Shown here: piece by piece, positions 27,793 through 37,571 of the stretch
Position numbering within the stretch: the first letter of the stretch is position 1
How the letters are laid out: each line of letters opens with the position of its first letter
NCBI GenBank assembly: GCA_021734995.1
Contig: JAIPHX010000002.1
Location: 80,189-144,188, forward strand
DNA: 64,000 bases
Source: Minisyncoccota bacterium
Lineage (GTDB): Bacteria > Patescibacteriota > Minisyncoccia > Phycocordibacterales > UBA9973
Direction: 5' to 3'
Made by a program: the position numbers and the translations under genes
Notes under the pieces: generated by a model
What the model saw: the letters and a program-made list of their open reading frames with translations, nothing else
What the model was told of the DNA's origin: nothing
Databases searched by the model: none

Positions 27793-28860
27793 TTACTTTT
27801 CTAAAGCTTTAATTCCTGGCAATGTGCCTTTAGCCAAAAAGTCTAAAGTAGCTCCTCCTCCAGTAGAAACAAATCCAAGCTTTTCTTCTATTTTCATCTT
27901 TGAAATTATAGCCACAGTATCTCCTCCTCCAACAACACTCTCCACTTTCATAGAAGCGAGTGTTTTCAAAGTATTTTTTGTTTCACCCATTCCACTTGCT
28001 TCATATCTACCAAGTGGACCGTTCCAAAGAACAAACTTAGATTTTTTGATTATCAATGAAAGCATTTTGGAAGATTCGGGACCAATATCTACAATGTAGT
28101 CATTTTTGGAAATATCGCCTAGCTTTTTAGCATATCTTTTACCCAAAGATTCCACCCATACATCTTGTGGTAATACCAGCTTTTTATTTTTCAAAATATT
28201 TTTTATTCCATAATCATTCTCATCCAAAAGAGACTTGCCTACTTCATAACCACTAGCTTTAAAAAAGTCATTGGCCAAAGCTCCCCCGACAAACACAGTA
28301 TCTGCCAACTTTAAATATTTTTTCAACAAAGGCATCTTGGTAGAAAACTTTGCTCCACCGAGGATAAACAAAAAAGGATGTCTAGAATTTTTGAAAGCTT
28401 TAGATAGATTGTGTGATTCTTCTTCAAGCTGAAATCCAGCATAACTAGGTAAAAGTTTGGGTACACTGACAATAGAAGCATCTTTCCTGTGTGAAACTGA
28501 AAAAGCTTCATTTACATAAATATCAGCTTGCCCTGCAAGAGTTTTGGCAAAAGATAAGTCATTGGCTTTTTCTCCTGCAAACTTTCTAACATTCTCAAAA
28601 AATATAACCCTATCTTTCGGTGCTTTAGAAAGAGCAAAAAATCTTTTCTTTACTGGCTCAATACTTTCAGAGCCGTCCTTTCCTAAATGAGTAACTAGTA
28701 AAAGATTGGCTCCTTTTTTTAATAAAAAATCTATTGTCTTTAAGGATTTTTTGATACGAAAGTCATCAGTTACTTTTCCTCCAGCAATGGGGACATTGTA
28801 GTCCACCCTGACTAAAACTTTCTTCCCTTTCAAATTTTTTAAACTTTTAATTGATTGCAT
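27793..28860 (-). CDS. pgk: Phosphoglycerate kinase (compact, 355 aa)
   Basis: VLVRVDYNVP...KVTDDFRI...LLLVTHLG; C-terminal GGGDTVAII...TGGGATLDFLAKGTLPG. Confidence 0.9.
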   Translation of the reverse strand: MQSIKSLKNLKGKKVLVRVDYNVPIAGGKVTDDFRIKKSLKTIDFLLKKGANLLLVTHLGKDGSESIEPVKKRFFALSKAPKDRVIFFENVRKFAGEKANDLSFAKTLAGQADIYVNEAFSVSHRKDASIVSVPKLLPSYAGFQLEEESHNLSKAFKNSRHPFLFILGGAKFSTKMPLLKKYLKLADTVFVGGALANDFFKASGYEVGKSLLDENDYGIKNILKNKKLVLPQDVWVESLGKRYAKKLGDISKNDYIVDIGPESSKMLSLIIKKSKFVLWNGPLGRYEASGMGETKNTLKTLASMKVESVVGGGDTVAIISKMKIEEKLGFVSTGGGATLDFLAKGTLPGIKALEK

Positions 28861-28863
28861 AAA

Positions 28864-29652
28864 TTATTTTTTATTAGGACCTTTTAAAGAGTTTAAATTC
28901 TCGGAGGTTTTAATTATTTCAGTAAACTTTGCGGGGTTTAAACTTTCTCTCCCCACCAAAAGCCCGTCGGCTTTTCCATTCTCCAAAAAATCCAAAGCAT
29001 TTTTTGTATTTACAGATCCACCATAGAGAATCTTTACTGTATCGGTAGCGCTTTTACCAAATTTATCATTCAACACTTTTTTGATAAGTAAGCTCATTTC
29101 CAAAAATTCAGCACTAGTAGCTTCGCGGACAGCAGTCTTCCCTATCGCCCAGATTGGTTCATAGGCAATAATGACTTTTGCTAAAGAGTTTTTGGAAACC
29201 TTGTCTAACGCGGATTCAACTTGTTGTTTTACAAAATTCAAATATTTATGATCTGCATCTCTCTCTGTTTCCCCAACACATAAAATTGGAATAATTCCAG
29301 AAGCCAAACATCCCCTAACTTTTCTATTTATTTCTTCATCTGTATATTTGTGTCTTTGTTCAGAATGTCCTACGATAGTATATCTAACTCCAAGAGTATC
29401 TAGCATTGAAGCTGATATCTCCCCTGTAAAAGCTCCTGACTCTTCCCAAAAAGCATCTTGAGATCCTAGAGATATCTTGGTAGAAACTTTTTTTAATTTT
29501 TCTAAAAATAATGCAGGCGGGCAGATGATGACTTGAGTTTTTTTAAGAACAGCAAACCCTTTTGCAATTCCAGAAAAAATCTTTTCTGCCTCTTTTAAAG
29601 ATACAGGATTCATTTTCCAATTACCCACAATTATTTTTTTATTTATAGCCAT
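28864..29652 (-). CDS. tpiA: Triosephosphate isomerase
   Basis: IIVGNWKMN, IVGHSEQR, IAYEPIWAIGK, YGGSV motifs; adjacent to pgk. Confidence 0.9.
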   Translation of the reverse strand: MAINKKIIVGNWKMNPVSLKEAEKIFSGIAKGFAVLKKTQVIICPPALFLEKLKKVSTKISLGSQDAFWEESGAFTGEISASMLDTLGVRYTIVGHSEQRHKYTDEEINRKVRGCLASGIIPILCVGETERDADHKYLNFVKQQVESALDKVSKNSLAKVIIAYEPIWAIGKTAVREATSAEFLEMSLLIKKVLNDKFGKSATDTVKILYGGSVNTKNALDFLENGKADGLLVGRESLNPAKFTEIIKTSENLNSLKGPNKK

Positions 29653-29665
29653 TTATTGATTATAA

Positions 29666-29703
29666 CAAAAAAACCTCCCAAAAAATAGAGAGGTTTTTTT
29701 TGT
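29666..29703. terminator. Hairpin flanked by A-run and T-run downstream of the giant surface protein gene
   Basis: aaaaaACCTCccaaaaaatagaGAGGTttttttttt. Confidence 0.5.
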
Positions 29704-29721
29704 TAAAAATTTCTTTTTATT

Positions 29722-32700
29722 TTATTGTTCTTTGTATGTTGGCTTTTTTGCTGTTCCTCCATCTTCAGTAACATTAAGGGTGACACTTTTTGGAGCAAAC
29801 CGAGTTCCTTCTCCAGTACAATACAAAGTGTATACATGTTGACCTTCTGTCTGAAATGGACCAACAAGGGAACTCCCCTCTGTTGCTCCCTTTGTATCAA
29901 AACCATCTCCATTACACTCTATAGCATTCATAGAAGACCAAGAAAGAGTAGAAGTGGCATCAAAAGCAATCCAAGAAGGACTCACAGAAAGACTGGAAGA
30001 ATATATAGTTTCTCCTTTTTTACAAATTTCTTCTTTGTCATCCCAATAAAGGTTACTTGCACAATCTGCTGAAGCATTACTTGTGTCTAACTCCACTCCA
30101 TTGTGATACAAGAAAAACCCATATGTTTCTTTTTTTACTGAATATTTTACCTTTGTACCAGAAGTATCTGTTGAGACTACAGTATTGCGAGGAGGATTCA
30201 CAGTAACAGCAGTATCCGCTTCTGCGGTTAGATTACCAGTAGACCAAGTCAAAGAAATATCACAACTTCCGCTGTTTTCTTGAATAATACAACCTGTCGC
30301 AGAAAGGTTCCCAAACGGCACTCCGGCTTCTCCAACATTTACGCTTACCCAAGCTCCACAGTTGTTGGTTTCATCTGATTCTGTGATTTCCCCATTATTA
30401 TCACTAGAAGATTTATCGGCACATACTCGGATCCAATAAGATCCATTATTGTCAAAAGTATGTTGTTTTGTAATACTTTGATTTGTTCCCGCAGAAAGAG
30501 ATGATATTTGAACAGAAGAAAGGTCTGTGATATTCCCTTCAGCATTATCTGGATTATGATCTGCTACTTGGAAAAAGTTTGGGAAAGCAGTAGAGATGTT
30601 TGCACTACCAATGTTTGAAATACTTCCAGAAAGATTGGCTACTTGTTCTGCAGAGAAATTTGTTGGCCCTGTATAGCTAGCAGTAAGGTCAGGAGAAGGG
30701 CCAACTTTTACAGAAATACTACCCCAACCAGAACAGTTGTTGTTTTCTAGAGATTCTGTTATTTTCCCATCATCACCACTATTTTTCTTGTCTACACAAG
30801 CTCGGAGCCAATATGTTCCCACAGCATTAAATGTATGACTTGTAGTCATTGTTTCAGAACTATTTACTCCTAAATTTTTAAAATCATAAGAAGTAAGATC
30901 TGTAATTGCAGCAGTTTCTCCTCCTCCTTGAGCATTCGCTACTTTAGCGAATGAATTATATGAACTATTCCCTTGTCCAGAAGGGGCACCTATTCCTTCT
31001 TCTCCACTAGGATCAGGATTTATGGCTGAAACTTGCATAAATCCATCAAAACCACCACCTGTAGCTTTTAATCCTTGGTTTGTAGCGACAGCTGTAAGAT
31101 TTAATGCTTGATTTACTGTAGCTTCTTTTGGAGAAACACTACTTATCACAAGATCAGGCATTGGATTATCTGCTAAAGCTATTGTAGTCCAAGCCCCACA
31201 GTTATTTCCTTCATCTACTTCAGTAATTGTCCCTGCACTATTTCTATTTTCTTTATCTACACAAAGACGCATCTTATATCCACCTTCAGAATATGCTCTT
31301 AAATCAACATTACTTAAATTAATTAACTTCTCCTCTCCTGCATTCAAAGCATTTACATCAAAACTTGGAAGATCAACCTCTATTAATGCATTTACTATTT
31401 GTGCTCCATGTTTAAAAGCTGAAAGGGGTAATTCTTGTAATTGCAAAAATGCCTTGAAAGATGCTCCTGTAGCTACTCCACCAATATTTTTTACACTTGT
31501 ATTTATTGATGCATTTGGTCCAATTTGAAAAGTCGTAGGGCTGATACCCCCAGGAATAAGATCAGGAAGGGACCCGATGACAATTTTAGAATATGGATGG
31601 CTACAGTTATTGTCTTCATCTGACTCCACTATGCGTCCTAGATCTAAAATATTTTGTTTATCAGTACAAACCCGCACCCAGTATGTACCGGATTGAGTAA
31701 AGGTATGGTTTACATCTACAGTCAAAGATCCCCCTGGTGCAAGTGGTGGCTTTGCCACTGCTGGTGTTGAGTATGGGAATTGAGAGCTTGTCTGCGCGTT
31801 TACCTTTTTTGTGTTTTTAGTTAACTTCGCTAAAATATTTTCTTTTACACCTCTCTGTTGGGTCAGCTCTGGATTTGAGCTTGGGTCTTGATCTGTTATT
31901 TGGAAAAAGGAATTAAAGCTAGCACCTGTGGTTTCTCCTCCAATGTTTTTAACAATAGCAGAAAATTTTACTGGTTTATTTATAGTAGAAGCTGTAGGGG
32001 TGAATGTTACAGGGTCTGGGCGAAGATCTGGGGGGATTTTAACATCAATAACCAAACTATTACTTAAAATATTATTATTATCTTGGTCTTTACCCTTAAT
32101 ATTAAAAGTGATTTTTCCTGATCTTGAGGATAAATTTTTAGTCAGAACAACACCATTAACAGGACCTGAAAAATCAGGAGTACTATACCCAGAATTAACA
32201 TTCATACTTGTTGGATTATAATTAAATATATTATGTTCTATATCAGAGACACCTAACTTTTCTAGATTAAAACTAAGTACTTCAGAATTTTGGTTCGAAA
32301 ATGTAATTTTCTTTTCACTACTTACTGGTGTATTAGAAACCCCTCCTGTCCCAGTATTAACATTACCACTCCAATTAATTTTTAAATAAGGAGAAGCGGG
32401 TGTTTCTAATACATGAATTTTTGCATATCCTACAGTTTTGTATTCAGGAAATTCAGATTCAACTCCTTGAACTCGCAAAGTATAATCCCCGGCAGTAGTT
32501 GTGGGCAGAGAAACAATATTTACTGCTGTTGTCCCTAAAGAAATATTAAATTTTTTGACGGTAGAAGGGTTTTTACCGCTTACCTCTATAGCATTAATAC
32601 AACCATTTTGTTGACAATCTCCTTGAAATAAGCTTACATAGTCTGAATATGTATTCACTTGATTTCCATTTTTCTTTACTAAATTAAACATAAAAGACTC

Positions 32701-33624
32701 TCCAATAGAGATTGTTTTTGGTTCTGGAGACAACACAATACATAGAGGACAATCCACTTTTATAGTTGCTGTCTTAGATAACCCATACGGAGAAGTAAAG
32801 GTAACAGAACGTTCATAAGGAAAAGTAGATACTTTTTGACTCAAAAGACTTTCTTTAATTTTCATACATTTAAGTGGTTCTTCTTGTGGATTATTATTAA
32901 AATAACAATTCACAAAAGGCAAATCAAAAATATCACCCAAGTTCTGACCAGTAACATTAGCAGTATGACTAATATTAGGACCTTCTTTTATTAAAAATTT
33001 TATTGTTTCACCTGGAGTTGTATTATAAAATGAAGGGGCTACCATTAACCCTGATGGGTGTGCGGTAACTGTTACAGGTAAGTCTATCTCTTTTTGACCC
33101 AACTTAATCTGATCCCCTCTCCAAGCACGTTTGTAAGCTTTTACTTTAAAGGTAAATGTTTCAACTTGAGTAACTGTGCTATTCATTTTTAGTGAAAAAC
33201 CTTCCACATTACCATTAAAGATGGTAATGTTACTTGGTTTATTTTCAGTAACTAAATTACCATTATTTAATACAAAAACAATATCACACCCTGTTATTAT
33301 TGTCCCATTATTATTTGTTACCCCGTAACCATATTTTTCGCAAGATACTGCAGTATTAGGAGGAGTACCAGTACATTCATCGTATCCAGATACATCACAA
33401 CCCACTGAGTCATTAAGAAAATTCGTTAATTCCGGCCCTGGATTTGGTGTTTGAATAAACAAATACTGTTCATAGGAAGAACCAGTTCCATATTGCATAT
33501 TTGCACTTCTTGGATAAATCCCGACACCACCATCACCACCACCCACTGCATAAACAGGGGTAAAAAAAGATAAGCTAAAAACAAAACAAAACACTAGAAA
33601 GATATATTTTATATATTTAGACAT
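29722..33624 (-). CDS. Giant secreted/cell-surface protein with four CARDB-like repeats
   Basis: 1300 aa; signal peptide/TM MSKYIKYIFLVFCFVFSLSFFTPVYA; four ~100-aa repeats starting PDL(I/R/V/T)..., each with N(I/Q)G and a terminal E(S/V)DE.NNC(G/S)W, i.e. the CARDB signature. Confidence 0.8.
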   Translation of the reverse strand: MSKYIKYIFLVFCFVFSLSFFTPVYAVGGGDGGVGIYPRSANMQYGTGSSYEQYLFIQTPNPGPELTNFLNDSVGCDVSGYDECTGTPPNTAVSCEKYGYGVTNNNGTIITGCDIVFVLNNGNLVTENKPSNITIFNGNVEGFSLKMNSTVTQVETFTFKVKAYKRAWRGDQIKLGQKEIDLPVTVTAHPSGLMVAPSFYNTTPGETIKFLIKEGPNISHTANVTGQNLGDIFDLPFVNCYFNNNPQEEPLKCMKIKESLLSQKVSTFPYERSVTFTSPYGLSKTATIKVDCPLCIVLSPEPKTISIGESFMFNLVKKNGNQVNTYSDYVSLFQGDCQQNGCINAIEVSGKNPSTVKKFNISLGTTAVNIVSLPTTTAGDYTLRVQGVESEFPEYKTVGYAKIHVLETPASPYLKINWSGNVNTGTGGVSNTPVSSEKKITFSNQNSEVLSFNLEKLGVSDIEHNIFNYNPTSMNVNSGYSTPDFSGPVNGVVLTKNLSSRSGKITFNIKGKDQDNNNILSNSLVIDVKIPPDLRPDPVTFTPTASTINKPVKFSAIVKNIGGETTGASFNSFFQITDQDPSSNPELTQQRGVKENILAKLTKNTKKVNAQTSSQFPYSTPAVAKPPLAPGGSLTVDVNHTFTQSGTYWVRVCTDKQNILDLGRIVESDEDNNCSHPYSKIVIGSLPDLIPGGISPTTFQIGPNASINTSVKNIGGVATGASFKAFLQLQELPLSAFKHGAQIVNALIEVDLPSFDVNALNAGEEKLINLSNVDLRAYSEGGYKMRLCVDKENRNSAGTITEVDEGNNCGAWTTIALADNPMPDLVISSVSPKEATVNQALNLTAVATNQGLKATGGGFDGFMQVSAINPDPSGEEGIGAPSGQGNSSYNSFAKVANAQGGGETAAITDLTSYDFKNLGVNSSETMTTSHTFNAVGTYWLRACVDKKNSGDDGKITESLENNNCSGWGSISVKVGPSPDLTASYTGPTNFSAEQVANLSGSISNIGSANISTAFPNFFQVADHNPDNAEGNITDLSSVQISSLSAGTNQSITKQHTFDNNGSYWIRVCADKSSSDNNGEITESDETNNCGAWVSVNVGEAGVPFGNLSATGCIIQENSGSCDISLTWSTGNLTAEADTAVTVNPPRNTVVSTDTSGTKVKYSVKKETYGFFLYHNGVELDTSNASADCASNLYWDDKEEICKKGETIYSSSLSVSPSWIAFDATSTLSWSSMNAIECNGDGFDTKGATEGSSLVGPFQTEGQHVYTLYCTGEGTRFAPKSVTLNVTEDGGTAKKPTYKEQ

Positions 33625-33699
33625 TTGATTAATTTAATTAAATTGATTATATTAATTATATCTTTTTTTAAATATTTATACAAGTAAAAAGATCCCTAA

Positions 33700-33735
33700 A
33701 AATAAAAACCGCACAATTTTGTGTGGTTTTTATTT
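33700..33735 (-). terminator. Rho-independent terminator after secreted-paralog gene 1
   Basis: AACCGCACAA(tt)TTGTGTGGTT (one G.U pair) followed by a T-run. Confidence 0.55.
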
Positions 33736-33751
33736 TTCATCTTTATATCAC

Positions 33752-34489
33752 TTATTGAGTCAGTAATGGTTTCAATTTCCCTGGATATTCTTGAACCTCA
33801 ACATATGCATGGTTGGTCATCTCATTATTATCCAAATTTATACCAATCTTCTTTACTTTCTTCCCTGCAGGAATAGGCCAATAATGTGTTTGCCAATCAT
33901 TAGTTAAAATTTTTCTTGAACCACCATAGATATCAAACCCACCTCCATAATAAGAAAGAGCTACTGTTATTGCCCCCTCCCCTCGTACAGTTAATGGAAC
34001 TTGATTTCCTGAAATAGTTACATATTTGTTGAAAGTACCTTGAAAAGATTGCAACTGATTCGGCTCAAAACCTTGTTTTTCAATAATATTGTTTGCATAA
34101 TTTATATTTCTATTTTCTGACCTTCTTGAAATTAAAACATTATTATTTTTTTCAAAATTAAACTTATTAGTTAAATTTATATCACTTCTTTTTGATCCAG
34201 TTAATCTACTTGTGTCGTAATTTCTTTCATTATCTACACTAGATAATCTGTTTAACGGCAAAACATCTTTTATGTTTTTTGTAATATCCTCACCAACAAC
34301 AGTAGCTCTTGTATTTAAATTTAATAAGTGCAGACTAGAAAGTCTAAAAGTGCTGTCCACATACCCTTGCAATAACATAGATTCTGGTAAGTAGCCAGAA
34401 AACTCCCACCCACTCGCCTCCACCTTCTCCGCAAAAGAGAAAGATGCGACTAAAGCTAGGGACAAAATTGTTAATATTATTTTTTTCAT
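33752..34489 (-). CDS. Secreted hypothetical protein, paralog family member 1
   Basis: 245 aa; Sec-type signal MKKIILTILSLALVASFSFA; C-terminal block GNQVPLTVRGEGAITVALSYYGGGFDIYG...WPIPAGKKV...TNHAYVE shared with 35410-36021. Confidence 0.6.
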   Translation of the reverse strand: MKKIILTILSLALVASFSFAEKVEASGWEFSGYLPESMLLQGYVDSTFRLSSLHLLNLNTRATVVGEDITKNIKDVLPLNRLSSVDNERNYDTSRLTGSKRSDINLTNKFNFEKNNNVLISRRSENRNINYANNIIEKQGFEPNQLQSFQGTFNKYVTISGNQVPLTVRGEGAITVALSYYGGGFDIYGGSRKILTNDWQTHYWPIPAGKKVKKIGINLDNNEMTNHAYVEVQEYPGKLKPLLTQ

Positions 34490-34798
34490 TTTTTTATAAT
34501 TAGTCTATTAAAATATAATTTATGTTTTAATGATTAAAGTTAATTGATAAACTTTTCGCACATTTCGCACAAATAGTACTTATATAATATCTACTTAGTA
34601 GTATACCACAAATAAAATAAAAAAGCAATTAGCAAGCCTAAAAAGTGGATAGCCTGTGGATAACTTTTTGGGGCTAAAATAGCCTTACCTTATAAGGGTT
34701 TTATAGATACAGAAAATAAAAAAATATAAACATTTGATACTGAGACAAAAATAAAAAACCATCCATACGGCGGTTTTTTATTAATTTAGAAATCTAAA

Positions 34799-35398
34799 TT
34801 ATTGAGTAATTAATCCAGGAGATTTTAATTGGATATAAGGGCTTTCTAATGTTCCTCTATTACTTAATTCTAAAACAATAGTTGTAATTGTGGCATTTGG
34901 TTTAACAGGATATGTGTATGTTCTCCAATTTGGAGTCAAAACGGCTCCTTGACCAAAAGCTATAAATCCACCATCGGAATAAGCAAGGGCAAAATTAACT
35001 CTTCCTTCCCCTTTTACTGTAAAAGTAATAGTATTTTGTTGTAAATTAACTTCTTGTACAAATTTTGTAGCAAAATCAACAACTTGAACATCTTCAGGAT
35101 TGTTTTGGTTCCCTATTTTAGAATCTGTGTTTACTGTTGATCTTAAATCATTTGAACGAGAAATAGCAGTAAGAGCATTTAGTGGAGGATCCCCTACTTG
35201 CTTTGCATGCAAAGCAACATATTTATTACTAGGTATTACCCACCCTTTTATTATAGCCCCTGGAGGAAAAGACATGTAATTAGCAAAATACCAACTACCT
35301 CCTTTACCTGAATATGGTTCTGCTTTAGCTGTATCTCCAAACAAAGGAGAAAAAGCTACCGCTAGAAACAAAATTGTTATGTATATTATTTTTTTCAT
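34799..35398 (-). CDS. Secreted hypothetical protein, divergent member of same family
   Basis: 199 aa; signal peptide; TFTVKGEGRVNFALAYSDGGFIAFG block aligns with the paralog core. Confidence 0.55.
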   Translation of the reverse strand: MKKIIYITILFLAVAFSPLFGDTAKAEPYSGKGGSWYFANYMSFPPGAIIKGWVIPSNKYVALHAKQVGDPPLNALTAISRSNDLRSTVNTDSKIGNQNNPEDVQVVDFATKFVQEVNLQQNTITFTVKGEGRVNFALAYSDGGFIAFGQGAVLTPNWRTYTYPVKPNATITTIVLELSNRGTLESPYIQLKSPGLITQ

Positions 35399-35409
35399 CT
35401 TTATACTAC

Positions 35410-36021
35410 TTATTGTTCTAATAATGGTTTCAATCTGTCTGATTGTTCTTTAATCTCAACATATGCATGATTAGTTTGATAATTGTTTTGCAAATTTATA
35501 CTTATCATACTAACTTTTTTACCTGCAGGAATTGGCCAATAATATGTTTTGAAATCACTTGTTAAAACTTTTCTTAAAGTACCATATATTGTAAAGCCTC
35601 CATTTTGATAAGACAAAGTAACTACAATAGCACCTTCTCCTCGTACAGTTAAAGGAACTTGATTTCCTGAGACAGTTACATATTTATTGAAATTACCTTG
35701 AAAACTCTCAAAGTTGTTAGGCTCAAATCCTATTGCATTACTAATATTAATTGCATGGCCAGTGGTTCTATCTACATACCTTTTTATTGTTGAAACACTG
35801 TTTCTGTGACTATCAATCAAAGATGCGCCACCTCTTCTTGTATCAATTCTTTCTAAATGCAGACCAACAATTCGAGAGGACACATTCTCTATGTGTTGAT
35901 TTATTATAAAATTTTCTGGAAAATAACCAGCAAACTCCCACCCACTCGCCTCCACCTTATCCGCAAAAGAGAAAGACACCACTAAAGCTAAAGATAGGAT
36001 TGTTAATATTATTTTTTTCAT
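35410..36021 (-). CDS. Secreted hypothetical protein, paralog family member 3
   Basis: Start moved to MKKIILTILSLALVVSFSFA (ORF track begins 24 nt upstream at 36045); ~70% identical to member 1 over the C-terminal 100 aa. Confidence 0.6.
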   Translation of the reverse strand: MKKIILTILSLALVVSFSFADKVEASGWEFAGYFPENFIINQHIENVSSRIVGLHLERIDTRRGGASLIDSHRNSVSTIKRYVDRTTGHAINISNAIGFEPNNFESFQGNFNKYVTVSGNQVPLTVRGEGAIVVTLSYQNGGFTIYGTLRKVLTSDFKTYYWPIPAGKKVSMISINLQNNYQTNHAYVEIKEQSDRLKPLLEQ

Positions 36022-36280
36022 ACTTTTCACATTTTTCATATTCATTTATGTTTGTTAATCTAACACACATTTTAAAATATGTAAATCGCCTGTGATAATG
36101 TGCACACACATATGGTGGTTAATTAAGACTGCCATATCTATGCGAATTTATACACATTACCTTCGTATCCCCCTCCCCATAAAGCCCTTGCATTATGTTT
36201 TCACATATAGTACTATATATAGCATACAAGTCCTGCACCGAAGGGGCTTTTTTTATTTAAAATAACACACAATTAAATAT

Positions 36281-37534
36281 ATGTTAGACATAAAAACATT
36301 CAAATCAGCGTTAGAACAACTAGAAACTGAAAGAAAAATTCCAAAAGAAAAAATACTTGAAGCGATAGAGCAAGCCATGGCTGCCGCCTACAAAAAAGAC
36401 TACGGAAAGCGTGGGCAGATTATTCGTGCCAAATTTGACCAAGACACAGGAGTGGTAGATTTTTATCAAATCAAAATAGTAGTAGATGAAAGCATTGCTA
36501 GAATGGATGAACCAGAAGAAGGAGAAGAAGAATATTCATTCAAAGACACCGAAGATGAGAGAGTTCGTTTTAATTCTGAGCACCACATTCTTCTTGAAGA
36601 TGCTCGTATTATAAAAAAAGACGCAGAATTAAATGACGAAATTGTCTTTCCACTAGAAGCAAAAGACGATTATGGACGCATTGCAGCTCAAACAGCCAAG
36701 CAAGTCATAATTCAAAAGATTAGAGAAGCAGAAAGAACATCTATCATGGATGAATATGGTACAAAAGAAGGAGAGATTGTTTCTGGAATGGTTCAAAAGA
36801 TAGAGAGAGGAAATATTTATGTAGATTTTAATAGAGCTACAGGGGTAATAACTCAAGAAGAACAAATTCCTAGAGAATATTTTGACAGAGGTCAGAGAAT
36901 CAAAGCATACCTATACTCTGTAGAAGATGCTCCAAGGGGTATTAGTCTTCGTCTTTCTCGTACTCACCCAAAGTTTTTAGAAAAACTTTTTATGGTTGAA
37001 GCTCCTGAGATAGAAAGTGGAGTAGTAGAAATAAAGTCCATTGCCAGAGAAGCAGGATCTCGTTCAAAGATTGCTGTTCTTTCAAATGATGAGCACATTG
37101 ATCCTGTAGGATCTTGTGTTGGACAAAAAGGAACAAGAGTAAACACTGTATCTCAAGAACTTGCTGGAGAAAAAATAGACATTATCCCATGGTCTGAAGA
37201 CCCTAAAACTTTTATTACAAACGCTCTTTCCCCTGCTAAAGTAATATCAATTGAAATAAATGAAGAAGAAAAACAAGCTCTAGTAGAAGTACCTGAAGCA
37301 GAATTATCTCTTGCAATCGGAAAAGGCGGACAAAATGTAAGACTTGCTGCAAAACTTACTGGTTGGAAAATAGACATCAAAGGAAATGGTGCGGAATCTA
37401 CAGAAGAGAAAGAAACAGATAATACGACTGATTCTGAAGAAAACACAGATGATGCGACAAGTGACTCAGAAACAGCAGAAAACAACACAGAAAATGATGC
37501 AGAGATTGTCACAGAAAAAGAAGAGACTAAATAA
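36281..37534 (+). CDS. nusA: Transcription termination/antitermination factor NusA
   Basis: N-terminal NusA domain, S1 domain (EGEIVSGMVQKIERGNIYVDF), two KH domains (GSCVGQKGTRV.., AIGKGGQNVRLA), acidic tail. Confidence 0.9.
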   Translation: MLDIKTFKSALEQLETERKIPKEKILEAIEQAMAAAYKKDYGKRGQIIRAKFDQDTGVVDFYQIKIVVDESIARMDEPEEGEEEYSFKDTEDERVRFNSEHHILLEDARIIKKDAELNDEIVFPLEAKDDYGRIAAQTAKQVIIQKIREAERTSIMDEYGTKEGEIVSGMVQKIERGNIYVDFNRATGVITQEEQIPREYFDRGQRIKAYLYSVEDAPRGISLRLSRTHPKFLEKLFMVEAPEIESGVVEIKSIAREAGSRSKIAVLSNDEHIDPVGSCVGQKGTRVNTVSQELAGEKIDIIPWSEDPKTFITNALSPAKVISIEINEEEKQALVEVPEAELSLAIGKGGQNVRLAAKLTGWKIDIKGNGAESTEEKETDNTTDSEENTDDATSDSETAENNTENDAEIVTEKEETK

Positions 37535-37571
37535 AACTTGAAAAAAGAAATTAGAGTAGTATTATAGACAT

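Noticed and set aside
29703-29912. 69-aa ORF overlapping the 3' end of the giant CARDB gene
   Set aside because: It is out of frame with and nested in the 1300-aa CDS, with no independent signals; spurious.
34500-34800. Replication origin, suggested by paired DnaA boxes
   Set aside because: Only two adjacent boxes here and single boxes elsewhere. No dnaA/dnaN, no AT-rich DUE adjacent to a box cluster. Reported instead as scattered intergenic DnaA-like motifs.
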